From: Vitrella brassicaformis CCMP3155
Lineage: Eukaryota; Protista; Chromerida
Length of the DNA: 64,000 bases
Direction of reading: 5' to 3'
NCBI GenBank assembly: GCA_001179505.1
Contig: CDMY01000378.1
Span: 1-64,000 of the forward strand
The position numbers and the translations under genes are program-made. Position 1 is the first letter of the stretch, and each line of letters starts with the position of its first letter. The notes beneath the pieces were generated by a model, which saw only the letters and a list, made by a program, of their open reading frames with translations, searched no databases and was not told where the DNA came from. Below, in pieces: positions 13,502-25,353 of the stretch.

Positions 13502-14191
13502 GCCGCTTTGCCTTTGCATTTTGTGTGCAGAGTACTGGGTGATAGAGCCTTTGACAGCCGGCACGCTTGAGACCATCGACAGGGGCGTGGACACGTCATA
13601 CCGGCGGGTGATGGCGCTCACGTTGGGCGACCTCTTTGAAGGAGACGACGTCAACAGCCCTACTGGTGGGGGGGTCGGCCAAAAGCGAACACACGCGAGC
13701 ATTCTCATGGTTCGGGTGTGTGGGTGTGTGTGTATGGGTGGGTAATAGGTGCGAGGTTGTCTGCGGTCGAGCCGATGATCAGTGGCGAGGAGGCGCGATT
13801 CTCCGAAGCTCTCACTGAACGTGTCCTTGCCGCTGCAAGGACGTTCAGGTGCCTAACGAAAGATACCCACAAACACAAACAGACATCATCCACACACGCA
13901 CGCACACATGCTTATCTCTGTCTGTCTGTATCTCTGTCTGTATGTATGTATGTCTGTCTGTGTGTCTGAAGGCGTCGGCCAGAGGCGCAGTTGCTGGACT
14001 TGGGTGAGGTGGCTGACGACTTCAACTTCAGCACAGAAAGGAAGCGCATCCTCAACCAGAAGTTTGAACCCTCATTCGACGACAACGTCAAGCAGCACAG
14101 CAGCATCGACGTCTACGGCCGCACAGAAAGCGAATCCAGCGACGAGCAAGCAGAGCTGGACAAACAGATTGAGGAGTTGGCCAATGCATGA
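12944..14191 (+). CDS. Plastid-targeted conserved hypothetical protein of cyanobacterial type (5 exons)
   Basis: Leader MMTAISISWVRALVAVLVSVPLSAAFRIS (signal peptide plus AAF), then an Arg/Ser-rich transit-like region. Mature part DDYIALGLACCYL|YWVIEPL..TSY..LTLG|AAARTF|RRPEA..DFNFSTERKRILN..DNVKQH matches, from recall, a small uncharacterised cyanobacterial family. Confidence 0.7.
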
Positions 14192-14608
14192 GCCACATGT
14201 CGACAGACAGACAGACAGACAGACGGGGGGTGTTTTGTGTCTGTCTGCTCTGATTTTTCCGGTCATGGTTTAAATGATGAGATGTGTGCTTGATGAGGTT
14301 GATGAGTGACAACGTGGAGTTGTGTCAGAGAGCAAGAGGCTGGCTGCCTATCGGCAGGCATCAGATGAGAGGGGCCAGCCTTTTGGTGACCGGACGATGC
14401 ATGCATCTTTCGACGCATCGCTGGATGGGCTGTGAATAAAGACTCTGCATGGTGCATTTTTGATGCAATCAATTGTAAGTCATCAGCAGGCAGTCCCCAG
14501 CAGGAACAGAACACAGAGGGAGAAAAAAAGACGTCGAAAACATGACCGACGAAAACAATCAACAATCACTATGTAATGCATCTATCAGTGATTCACACAT
14601 TTGACCGA

Positions 14609-15337
14609 TCAGTCCGAAACTTCTTCGAACGAAAAACGGTACTCCCCCTCACTATCAGAGTCATTATCATCACTGTAAAAAGGAATGCCCCAGGCTTCCT
14701 GAACACACACAGACACAGAAACATCAAGACATTCAAATGATCGTTCGCATCGTTTTCCTACATGCACTTCTCGGAGGATATCATGGCATTCTTGACATCT
14801 CCGACCCCGAGGCGCACAATCATTGCAGAACACCTCTTGGCAAGGCTGATGACCTGGGCGATGCTCGATTCTCACACTATCACAAGCCACTGCACACCAC
14901 CGACAAACATCCGTCCCACAATTATAGCACTGCCAGAACTCCATACACTCCTTGCACCCCTCCTGATGGCAAAAGCTGCATTCCTCAAGACCGCAGCCGG
15001 GGCACTTGGGCTCGTCACAGTGGTCGCAGAATATCTCGCACTCTGTGCACCACCACTGGCCACATGCCTCGCATGTTCCCGCCCGGCAATTGCTGCACAC
15101 GTGGTCGCCGTGATGCTCGCATATCTGCGCATCTGCGCAGCGCCAGCACAAGGGTGCCTGGCAGCTCTCGACAGAACAACGTAGTTTGTCGGACTCAATG
15201 CATTCATCGCACAGGTAGCGCCGACACTCTGCCTCCGTGCACTGCCTCAGGTGGTCTCTGTGCTGGCGGTGTCGACAGGAAGCACACCTTCTCCTTCTGC
15301 TGCGGGGGACGTCGCCGTGATCACGTGGGGCGGCCAT
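14609..15337 (-). CDS. Cys-rich protein with tandem CxxC repeats (putative multi-zinc-binding), acidic C-tail
   Basis: 242-aa ORF with 14 CxxC pairs (CASC, CDEC, CWRC, CSNC, CEAC, CTEC, CDHC, CPGC, CSFC, CKEC, CYNC, CRWC, CNDC, CQEC). Probable 63-nt in-frame intron near the 3' end. Confidence 0.7.
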   Translation of the reverse strand: MAAPRDHGDVPRSRRRRCASCRHRQHRDHLRQCTEAECRRYLCDECIESDKLRCSVESCQAPLCWRCADAQICEHHGDHVCSNCRAGTCEACGQWWCTECEIFCDHCDEPKCPGCGLEECSFCHQEGCKECMEFWQCYNCGTDVCRWCAVACDSVRIEHRPGHQPCQEVFCNDCAPRGRRCQECHDILREVHVGKRCERSFECLDVSVSVCVQEAWGIPFYSDDNDSDSEGEYRFSFEEVSD

Positions 15338-15440
15338 CTGAAAAAGAAGGGAAGCAAGGAGGTGTGATGCACCGCTCAGCCTGTTCCCCCTATCACTGTT
15401 CTGATTCCGTACCTTTTGATTTGTGTGCTGAACAGAAGCA

Positions 15441-15502
15441 TAGGGTTTAAATTCAGGGCTTAGGGTTTACAGGGCTTAGGGTTTAGGGTTTACAGGGTTT
15501 AC
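15441..15502. repeat. Degenerate telomere-like (TTTAGGG / telo-box) array
   Basis: tagggttt..agggcttagggtttacagggcttagggtttagggtttacagggtttac: about 7 AGGG(T/C)TT units in a divergent intergenic spacer. Confidence 0.8.
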
Positions 15503-15572
15503 TGATCAGCCCCTCCGCAGAGATCATCTCGAAACAGGCCAGTGGTTGGACGGAGGCTGGTTGGAGCCCAAG

Positions 15573-16312
15573 ATGTCGCGCGGTGGAATTGACTATTCGA
15601 AATGGGACAATCTGGTCGACAGCAGTGATGACGACGATCAGAGCACCCAGCCACCCCGTCAGCACTTCGCGCCGGACTTCGCGGGCACTCCAAGAACGAT
15701 GGCATCGTCTACTCCGCCCCTAGTGGTCGATGCGTCATCGTGTTCGTCGAACCTGCACGTGGTGAGCAACGACCAGGACGCGGGACTCCTCCATCTCGTC
15801 GAGAAGGGCCACCCACAGCTGCTGGCCAGTGTCATCACCACCGAATTCATGGGAGCGCTGAATAGGAATATGCTCCCAAGACAGCAAATCGCGGGCATGT
15901 TCGGCGTCAACATGCGCACAGACATCGGCAGACTGGTGAGTCACAGATATCAATGCATGCGAATCGTGAAATATGTGTGTGTGTGTTTGTCTGCGTGCAG
16001 GTGTTCGGCGTGTGGAGCGCGTTCAACACGTACGGCCAGCTCGACGATCAGGAGGTAGTGGAGGCGCTCATCAACGGCGACCTCCCCGCCTGGTTTCAGC
16101 AAAAGGTGATGGGTTTCCAGCCCCCCGAGGGCTTCCCGCCCAATGCTGACATCATTGCGTTGCAGAGGCGGGGGTTTGCAGGTCAGCTAACAGTTCACGT
16201 GACGAAAACGCCACATTTTAGGAAACTGCACGCGATTGGCGTGTCTGTGTGTCGGTGGGTGTTGGTCACAGGCATCCTATGGGAACCTGCCCCATGGTCG
16301 AACAATATGTGA
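15573..16312 (+). CDS. Hypothetical protein with a Cdc37-N-like IDYSKWD..SDDD motif (3 exons)
   Basis: MSRGGIDYSKWDNLVDSSDDDD...|VFGVWSAFNTYGQLDDQEVVEALINGDLPAWFQQKV..|GILWEPAPWSNNM*. Canonical GT-AG junctions. Confidence 0.6.
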
Positions 16313-16860
16313 GGGCTGCGAGACCGCGCAGTGTTGTTCGAATGAAGACCTGCTCAGGCGGTATTCGTTGAAAGCACGTCTGAGATCTGATCTGAAAACA
16401 GGTTCCTCTGCAAAGTCTGTTCTGGGCTTTTCTCTGTGCTCGGCACTCACTGGGTGATTTGGCAACTTGCGAGTAGTTTTTTATGCAGTAGCCTGCGGCT
16501 TGATTAATTAACTCGTACTCTTAAGACCGCTTTCTGACGGGCTCTCACTCAGTTGATTGGCACGCAGGGAAACAGCATCAAGTCTGACTGTCTGTCTGTC
16601 TGTCGATCTGGACAGACACCGCCACACTGAATGGACGGCTAACCAAATGAGTCAGACACACACACGCGCGGATGATGGATATAAAGAGACGATCACACAG
16701 ATCACACAGATGTCATGGACCTACCGATGCCTATACATCCCAACACACTCACTTCCTCAGACGCAACGCAACCGCCACACACACACACACAACAGAGCGG
16801 GCGAGAAAAAGAGACCACCCCACCCATGCAGCACAGTTTCCTCGCAGAGCTATACAAACG

Positions 16861-19800
16861 CTATGAGACTGCCACCTGCTGCACCATATCTGTCATCGGC
16901 AGGGAGGAGGCCTCACTCGCGCCACCAGCATCGTAACCCACCTGCAGGCACAAGCACCAATCATTAATGGATCACACGAGACATGCACTGCACATCCATC
17001 CTCATATGATTGATTCACGCATACGTACCTCCTTTGCTCTCTCCACGACGGGCGTCGTCAGGTATTGCGACCGCTCGCCCACAATGCGGGCGGCCAGCTG
17101 TCGCACACGCGACGAGAGGTCATGCTCATTCGTCTGTGTGCCTTGCTCCCTCTCTGTCTTCATGACGCGACCGAGCTCCACCAAACACAGCCAGTAGTCG
17201 GCATTCTGACACACACACACACAGAGCACATGATGAGCGCGCGTGATGGGTGTCATGTTGGCCCATTTACCCTACCCATAGGTGTGCGGCCTGGTCGGCG
17301 AGCAGTTCGTTGAGCTCCGCCTCGAACGCATCGAGGGACGCCGACCGACGCTGACACACACACACACACAACCAGCAGCGTCCATTCACCCCGTGTGCAT
17401 CCGTGTCTGTGTAGCGAGCCTACCAGTGCTGTCTTGCGTTTAGCCGTCATGACAGCGGCGGCCCCATCGCCCCTCTCCTTCCGCCCCCCGGCCGCTTTGG
17501 CGGAGTCACGCCGCGACTCGACCACCATCGAGCGATCACGGCCAACCTGCATTTTGTAGTGGTTACACACACGCACATGCATCCATGCTCGCTCACGCAC
17601 ACACCCGCACGCCCTCACGCACCTGCCATTCGGTTTCCTGATCTGAGTAGGTGGCGCCGACGAGTTCCCACAGGTAGGCGGGGACGGCGAAGTTCTTGGA
17701 GCGGACTTTTGAGGCGATGGGCGAGACCTTGTCGCGCCAGACGGCCGCCATGGCCTGCTGATCACCGGCGCGCTCGTAGCACTCCATTGCTGTGCCGTAC
17801 ACCTGCATACAATACACACAAGAAAGCAGCACATGATGCCCATCCATCCATCCACCATCCATGTGTGTGTGTGTGTTGCCTTGAGAGATGGGTAAGGCGA
17901 CATGAGCGGCTCGTTCTGCTCGTAGTCCTCAACCAGCCGAGCGGCCATCTGCCTATCTCTGAGCAGGGAGGCGATTTCCATGCACGTGGCGTAGCACACA
18001 TTATCGGGGAGAGGCCCCTCCTCCCGCATCGACGCCAAATGGCCCAGCAACTCATCCAACAGGCCGTGATGGTGCTCCCCTCTCTCGGCCTGTGTCTGGT
18101 AGGCCCTGAACAGCTTCTGGTAGTCGTTGGTGCGGATGGGGATGGCGTAGAGGGACTTCTGTTCCCTCAGGTAGGTCAGGGCCTGTGTGGGGCTGCCCGC
18201 CTCGGCGCACGCCAGCAGCAGGAAGGTGAAGATGCCCGACGAGGGAGAGATGCCGTCACCTACTCACGCAGCCATCCGTGTGTGTGTGTGTGTGTCTTAT
18301 CTCTCTCTCTCTCTGTCTCCGTCCGTCGTTGCGTACTTTTCATCTGTGTGTAGAGCTGGTCCACTGTCTGCAGGTGTCCCGCGTCAGCTGCCACGCGCAT
18401 GGCGGAGGCGTAGGCTACCAGGTCAGGCGAGATGCCCGCCGACCGGCACTCGTTCAGCAGCGCTACAGCACGTTCGGGGTCATGCAGCTGTCACCAGCAC
18501 ACAAACACACACACGTGTGACACACACAAACGCCGCCTCTCTCTCTCTCTCTCTCTGTGGGAGGGCTTACGGTGCCCGCAGCCTGAATGGCGATGGTGTA
18601 CGTGTTCAGGTTCACGGCCACCCCCCTCTCCTTGGCCTCAGCAAAGACGTCAAAAGCGCTCCCAGCCATGCCGGCCTTGCTCAGCGCCGCCATCAGGTAG
18701 TTGGTGCTCACACGTCCGGGGAAGAGGCCGATCGACTGCATCCGACTGTAGACGTCGAGGGCCTCCTGGCCCCTCCCAGGCTTGTGCAGCGCCTTGAACA
18801 CCACTCCATAGATGGCGTCTGACGGCCGGGTGCGTTCCTCCCTGTCCAGCTCGTCGAGCAGCTGCATTGCCCGCCGCCAGTGGCCCTTGTTGGCCAGGTG
18901 GTTGCCCACGGTCGTGTAGGTCTGCTCGTTGCGCGTGTGGACACCGCGGACACGCATCTCGTTGAAGATGAGCTCGGTCAGGCTGGCAGATGATGACGGG
19001 TGATTCTCGTCGTCGAGGCGGCTTGTGTACTTGAGCAGTGTGTTGCACTGCTTGGTCGACAGCCGCTCGAACGCGCCACGGATGGCCAGCAGCTCCATCA
19101 CGGCGAGGGTCGCCTCGTCCTTCGCCGGCCTGCCCGAAGTCGGCCGCCCGAAGAGCGTTTGCATGAGTGCGTCAAGCCGCTGCTGCGTGAAGGTGGCGAA
19201 GACGTCCGCATCAGCGAAGGCGAGCTCGAGGGATGCCTGCGCCTTGTCCCTGTACTCCTGCACGCAGCCTGAGCTGGGCAGCGTGACGCCCCAGTCGCTG
19301 GCCTTATTGAGCAGGAAAGGCACTCTGTCGAACTTGCCCCGGTAGAAGACACTCGCAATGGCGGCCAGCAGCGAGAGATAGAGGCTGGTCTTGTCGACTG
19401 CATCGGTCGGGGGGCGGGGGGCCTTGTGGCTGCCTTTGCCACGTCTGTTTGTCTGGCGGTCGACACCGAGGTCTCTCTGCGTGGTTCTGGGCAGCTGCCT
19501 GAAGCCCTGTTTCTCGAGGAACCGGTTCAGCTGCCGCCAATCGGCCAGCCGCCCGATGTGCAGCACCATGCTCACAAACTCCTGGGGCAGTGGCGAGGGC
19601 CGCTGGCCCGCAGAGCCGCCCTGCTGCTTCCGCACATTGTCCATGGCGAGCAGAAAATCCTCCAGCTGCGATGCGGACGTGTTGAGCCTCAGCAGCTCCA
19701 CTATCATGGTCTTGTAGTCACGCTCTGCGAGGAGGAGGGACTGGTCAGCGAGTGTGGCGTTGGGCTGCCTTTGCAGGGCCGTGTTGATGATTCGCGTGGC

Positions 19801-22800
19801 TTGTGTGAGGTCCTGCGATGCGGCCAGGGCCTTGAGGGTCTTCTGCTGGTAGCTGGTGTCCTTCGCCGGCGTGGCGACGGGGGGCTTTGGGAGCGCCTCG
19901 ATCAGGTTCTTGAAAAGGTTGTCCTGCTTAGTCTGCTTGGCAGCAATGGCGGTTGCACCGTCTCCCTCACCACTCGCCTCTCTCGCCAGTCGGTAGATCT
20001 CCTCTGCCTCCTGCCGCAGGCCCGTCAGGCGGGCCTTCTCTTTGTCGACGATCTGTGGGCTGACTCTCTTCCTCTGCTTGGCCTCCCTGATGCACTCGCC
20101 AACCCGTTTCTCCGCCATAGCAAACACCGCCATCACGTCCGCTTTGTCGGGGAGGGCCGCCATCACTCTGCGATAGGTCTGCAGGTCGACAGGGGTCTTC
20201 TCCTGGGCCGCGAACTCCAGGAGGTTCACGGCTCGCCGCCAGTTCTGGCCGTCGATGCACGCCCGTGCGGCGAGTTCGATGGTGGTGGGTGTGGGCTTCA
20301 GCCCCTTCAGGATGAACTGGTCCAGCAGGCCGACGGCCTCGTCCCCCTTGCCGTTCTCGACATACGCCTGTATGGCCACGTCGAGCATCTCCGCAGAGGG
20401 GCCCACCGCTGCAGTGCCGTTTTTGACGTCGCTCGCGAACGTGATGGTCTCCGAAGAGTCCAGCAAGCCTTGCATGGCGCTGAGATCGCCGGTTTTCGCT
20501 GCTGCGCGCATGGCGTGGGCGTAGAGGGTCTGCGTGGGGGTCACGCCGACGTGCTGCATCACGCTGAGGACTTCCGACACGAACTGGGGCAGCCGGAGCC
20601 CCTCGCTCCTTACGCCCGCCTGCAGAGCCTCCATGAAGTGAACGTGCTTGAAGGGCGTTTTGAGCGCCGAGAGCTCCCTTTTCCACTGGAGCATGTCGTC
20701 GAGGACGTTGAGGGTGTCTGCGGCCATGCCGTTCTGGCCCAGGCCACGCAGGATGGTGAGGAAGGTCTCTGGCGTGATGGCGACGTCGTTGGAGAGGTGG
20801 AGGTCTTGCAGGGATCGGTAGAGGCCGAGCATCTTCTTGCCTTGGTTGCGGCGGCCTAGGAGGTCGATCACGGAGTTGTAGGCAGCCACGGGGGGGTACA
20901 CGCCCATCTGCACGAAGACACACACACGATCTCTCTCTCTCTCTCTTTGTGTGTGCGTGTGTGTGTGTGATATATACACGGACCTGTTGCAGCTGGTCGA
21001 GCTTGTCGAGGGCCTCTTTCCACTGGCCCGCCTTAGCGTAGGTCTCCACAAGATACCCCTGACACACGGGGTCTGTCCTCAGCACAGCGGCAGCATCACC
21101 GCCCTCCCTCCCCCCTAAGTCCATCAGGGGCGGCAGGTCATTCTCCAGCGCCTCGATGAGCCGGTCAGGAGGCACCTCCGAACACCGGCTCAGCGCAAAC
21201 ATGATCGTCCTAGCCTCAGGAAGCGTCATGATTAGCCTGTCGCCTTCGACGGCCTCTGCTGCGGCCGCTTGCGCCTGGAGAGAGCGGATCTCCGCCAGGC
21301 ACCCGTCGACGGTATCGAGATGCCATCCGGCCGGGCTCGCCATGAACTTGAGCAGGCTCTGCTTGACCTGGTGCCGCTTGATGGCGTCACGCATGTGCCG
21401 GAAGCTCCTGAAGATTTCGCTGTCCGTCTGGGGCTCGGTTGACTCGATTCGCCACATACTCGCCATGAGCTGCCGAGTCCGCTTATCGAACACGAGTGAG
21501 GGGGCGACTGCGGGGCGGTAGGTGAAGCACCGGTTGTAGAGCTGCTCGACGGCTGACTGCGCTCGCCGCTTGAGGGGCGCGACGTCAGATGGCGAGGTGG
21601 CGTTGGCCTCTTGCAGGCGCCAGGAGTAGCCCCTCAGCACTTGCCACGTAAAGGACGCGTAGGCCTTGACGAACTCCTGGTCCTCTCTCCCCTTGTCTCC
21701 CTCTGTGCGTGCGCGTGTGTGCATCAGCCCCTCCAGCTCGGCAAGGGCCGACCACACGGTGTCCTGGTCGTCATGTCCAGCACCGAGCAGCGCCATGATG
21801 TTGGCAATGAAGGCGTCAAGCTGCAGGCCCTCTCTCCTCATCTCAGCGATGACCGCCTTGGCGCCCGGAAGGTCCCCCTCTTTCGCAATCACCGAGAGCA
21901 GCCGGTTGTAGTCGCGTGTGGTGGGGGAGAGCCCGGCCTCCTTCATCTTGTCAATGTTGCCACGCAGGTGTGCGGGCGTGACGCCCTCCGTCGCGTGCAG
22001 CCGCATGCCGACCACGGAGAAGGCCCGCTGCCAGTAGGCCGCTCCCGCCGTCGCGACCCAGTGGGGGCCAGTCTGTTCGAGGTGCGCGTGCATCTGCTGC
22101 TGAAGGGCGAGGACGTCGTCCATCGACAGGGGGTTGGACATGTTGGCGAGTTGGCCGACGATCGCCGCGAGGTTCGGGTCTGCCTCGAGGACTTTGCCGT
22201 CGGGGAGCCGCAGGAATGGCTCCTTGCTCTTGGCTGTCCGGCGCTTGACGGCGATGGTCTCCTGCAGTGCGGAGGGGAGGGCCTCGAGCATCATGGCGCT
22301 CTCGTCCGTGTGCTCGTCAGCGATGGTCTTGTAGAGCTCCCGGGCCACTTTGAGCTTCCTCGAGTTCACAAGGGCCTTCATCGTCAGCTCCAGAAGCTTG
22401 ACCATGTCGGTCTGCGAGCAGTAATCTCGCCGGAAGGCCATGAAGATGTTTTTGGCCTGCTCGCCCCGTCTAGACTCTCCACACAGCATGATGGCCACCT
22501 TGGTGAGCTCGCGGGCGCCCATGACGTACTCGTCGTCGCCCTTGCTGCTGGTGTCTGCCAAAAGCCCCCGCTGCACGCGCACCTGATCCATCGCCTCTTC
22601 ATATAAGTCGAGGGCCTGACTGACGGCAGTCTTGTTGTGCGCGCAAGCCCACATGCCGGCGAGGTAGTCGTTGACCGACAGCCCGGTCAGCCGGCTCTCC
22701 TCTCCCTTCTCCTCCGTAGGCGTCACGCGAAGCTTATCTAGCAGTGGAAGGGCAACATCAGCCCTTCTCGCGTAAGAGGCCGTCCTGAGCAGAGCGCGGT

Positions 22801-25178
22801 CAAGGCGGCGCTTCACGGCTGGCGTGAAGGGCACCTTCTCGTGCTGCGGCACGGCCAGCGCGAAGACCTGCTCGAACAGCCGGGCTTTCTGGCAAAGGCC
22901 GATGATGTCGAACATCTCCACAGGGGTGAGCCGCGGCTGCATCGTCAATAAAGAGTCGACAGCCGTTTGGAGGAGGGGGGTGGGCGATGAGAGTGCGCCG
23001 AGGCGTAGAAGTGAGACGAGTGTGGCCTTGTCGAGGTGGGGGACGGCTGACGAGAGGAAAGTGGCGGCATCGTCCTCTCGGTTCAGAGCCTTGTACGCCT
23101 TCGTCGCAGCCCTGATTCGTTGCAGAGAGTTGCATCACAGCACGTGTGAGAGAGAGAGTGAGTGGCTTGCTTACGTGATGGTGCGTGACGTATGAGGGAT
23201 CCCCTTCTCCCCCATCTCATCCACCAGGGCAATGACCCTCTGGTGGTCGCCCCTCTCCTCACACACCCGCACAGCCGCCCGGTGCAGCCCAGGACTCGCC
23301 ACACCCATTCCCCTGGCCTCCTCTATCAGCTCCACTGCATCCCCCGGCCACTTGTCCACCAGAGACGTCACGAGCATCGTGTAATCCCTCGTCTGAAACT
23401 TGAGGTTTCTGTGCCCCCGCTGGCCCTCCCGGAATAGCGCGAGAGCCCCCTGTGGGTCGCCGGCTTTGCAGTAGATCTGACACATGCGGCTGTAGGCCTC
23501 GTGAAGCGACTCAGACGACTGCTCCTGCTCCTCGTCGGCCAGTCTGTCGCCGACTGTGCGCGCGATGTCGAAGAGGGAGAGGGCGGTGTGGAGCCTGTCG
23601 AGGGCGTCGTGTGGCTGCTTGGGCGTGATGCTCTTCTGCAGCTCGCCGAGGAACATGAAGACGTGATACATGACGTCCCCGTCCGTCAGGGGGTACAGCT
23701 GCAGCAGCCTTGGTACCAGAGAGAGCGACTCGTGGGAATCGATCCACTGCAGCAGCCGCAGCAGCTTGCGCCACTCCTCCCGGTTCAGGCATGACGTCGC
23801 CCCGCTCCTCTCGCACTCGCCAGCCACATCGGTCGCCAGCTCGCAAACCTGTCCCGCATTCGCCTGCAAACCTTTGGCCTTTTTCCTCTCGAACCGTTCT
23901 TCCCCAACAATCTCTTGCACCAACGACGCCAGGCGAGACCTCAGCTCATTTGTCGCCGCTTTTGACGGTTTTGCCGTTTGTTTTGCAGGCTTTGGTTTGG
24001 CCTTCTTTGGCTGGTCCGCGGCCGAGAGCAGCCTGCCGATGAGCGTGCCGAACGAGTAGTACTTGGCTTCGTCATAGAAGGCCGTCAGCTCGGCCATGCT
24101 GTCGGCCAGCGAGCCATGGTCGTCCGCAGTGGCGGTGGGTGTGGCTGTGCCGCCCTCGATGCGGCTGAGGAGGGATGAGAGGGTGGCGGGTATGAGAGAG
24201 CGGACGTCGGCCGCGGCGTCGAGCTCTGTGGGCGCTAGCGCCGCACCTCGCTTCAGCAACCTGGACGCGCACATGGCACATGAGAGTGGTGTGGGTGGAT
24301 GTGTGTGGTGGGTGGCTCACACACATTGGGAGAGGCTTCAGCGCCTCTGCGATCGTTTTGAGGGCCTCGGCTGCATGCGATGCCTCGCGGGCCTTCGATG
24401 TGCCCTCACGCAGTAGAGACTCTGAATGAGGATTGGTGAAACGACACACACAAACAAAGACACACACACATATGCAGTGTCTGTGTCTGTGTCTGTGTCT
24501 GTGTCTGTGTCAGGTTTGACCACACCGCACCCATAATGAGCTGCTCTTGCTCCGTCAGCTCGTTCATCCTGAGCCACCGAAGCGGGATCTTCATTGGCAA
24601 ACCTGCACACACACACGCACCCACAGAGGGATACAGCCACCCCGAGGCACACAGCCATCCATCCACCCACCAGTGAGCACGCCCCTCAGCGCCGATTGCA
24701 GGAAGCTCAGGTCCACCCCCTCTCGTCTGCCAGACACCATCGCCGCATTCCCCCCTCCCTCCCCGCTCTCATCGCCCTCGTCTGCCCTCGTGAACCCCAG
24801 CTGTATCCGCCGCACCGACACGTTCGGCTGCTCATCCAGATCCACGTCGACAGGGGTCAGCACATCTGCCATCGAGGATGCCGTCGACTGCAAGTGCCGC
24901 ATCCTGATGCGGCGAGGTGGCCGTGATTGCACGTTTGTTGGTGAGATGGATGGCAAGATCAGTTGGAAAGCGGCTGATGACACTGTGGGTGTTGATGGGC
25001 GAATGGCGGATACTGTGGCTGCTGGAAGCAAGTAGGTAAGCAAAGCACCGACCACAGATAAAGCCGATAAAGGCGTCCTCCTCCATTGCCGCTGCCGTGA
25101 CCGTGCCCGTTCCTCGTGCGCCTCTGCATGCCGCTGCTGCTGCTTGGGAACATCCACATGCCGTGTCGGCATCGACAT
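16861..25178 (-). CDS. Very large pentatricopeptide-repeat (PPR) protein with a bipartite plastid-targeting leader
   Basis: Long exons (ORFs 23171-24274, 19967-22948, 18463-21051) joined by canonical introns. P-type PPR motifs include GLSPTTRDYNRLLSVIAKEGDLPGAKAVIAEMRREG, GVYPPVAAYNSVIDLLGRRNQ, DAIYGVVFKALHKPGRGQEALDVYSRMQSIG and NLNTYTIAIQA. The N-terminal hydrophobic segment LSALSVVGALLTYLLPAATVSA is followed by SSAAFQL. An alternative ATG lies at 25229. Confidence 0.85.
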
Positions 25179-25289
25179 GCTCCTCCTGCCGACTGATGAT
25201 CCAGATGGCCAACAGATCTGATGACTCATCGTGGGCAGCAATGCTCCAAACCGTTGTGAATGAATGGGGGGAAACGTCGTCTCTTTGGA

Positions 25290-25328
25290 AGATCTCAGCT
25301 CGCAGACGCTTGCGAGCTCAGCAGATCT
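25290..25328. promoter_or_regulatory. Candidate bidirectional promoter element: inverted AGCTCGCA/TGCGAGCT pair flanked by AGATCT
   Basis: AGATCT 25290, AGCTCGCA 25297, TGCGAGCT 25311 and AGATCT 25323, all between two divergent ATGs. The motif recurs in other divergent spacers. Confidence 0.55.
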
Positions 25329-25353
25329 GCACCTGGTTTCAGGAAGCAGCACG

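Noticed and set aside
19426-22606. Long plus-strand ORFs (477 aa and 331 aa)
   Set aside because: Antisense shadows of the GC3-rich PPR exons.
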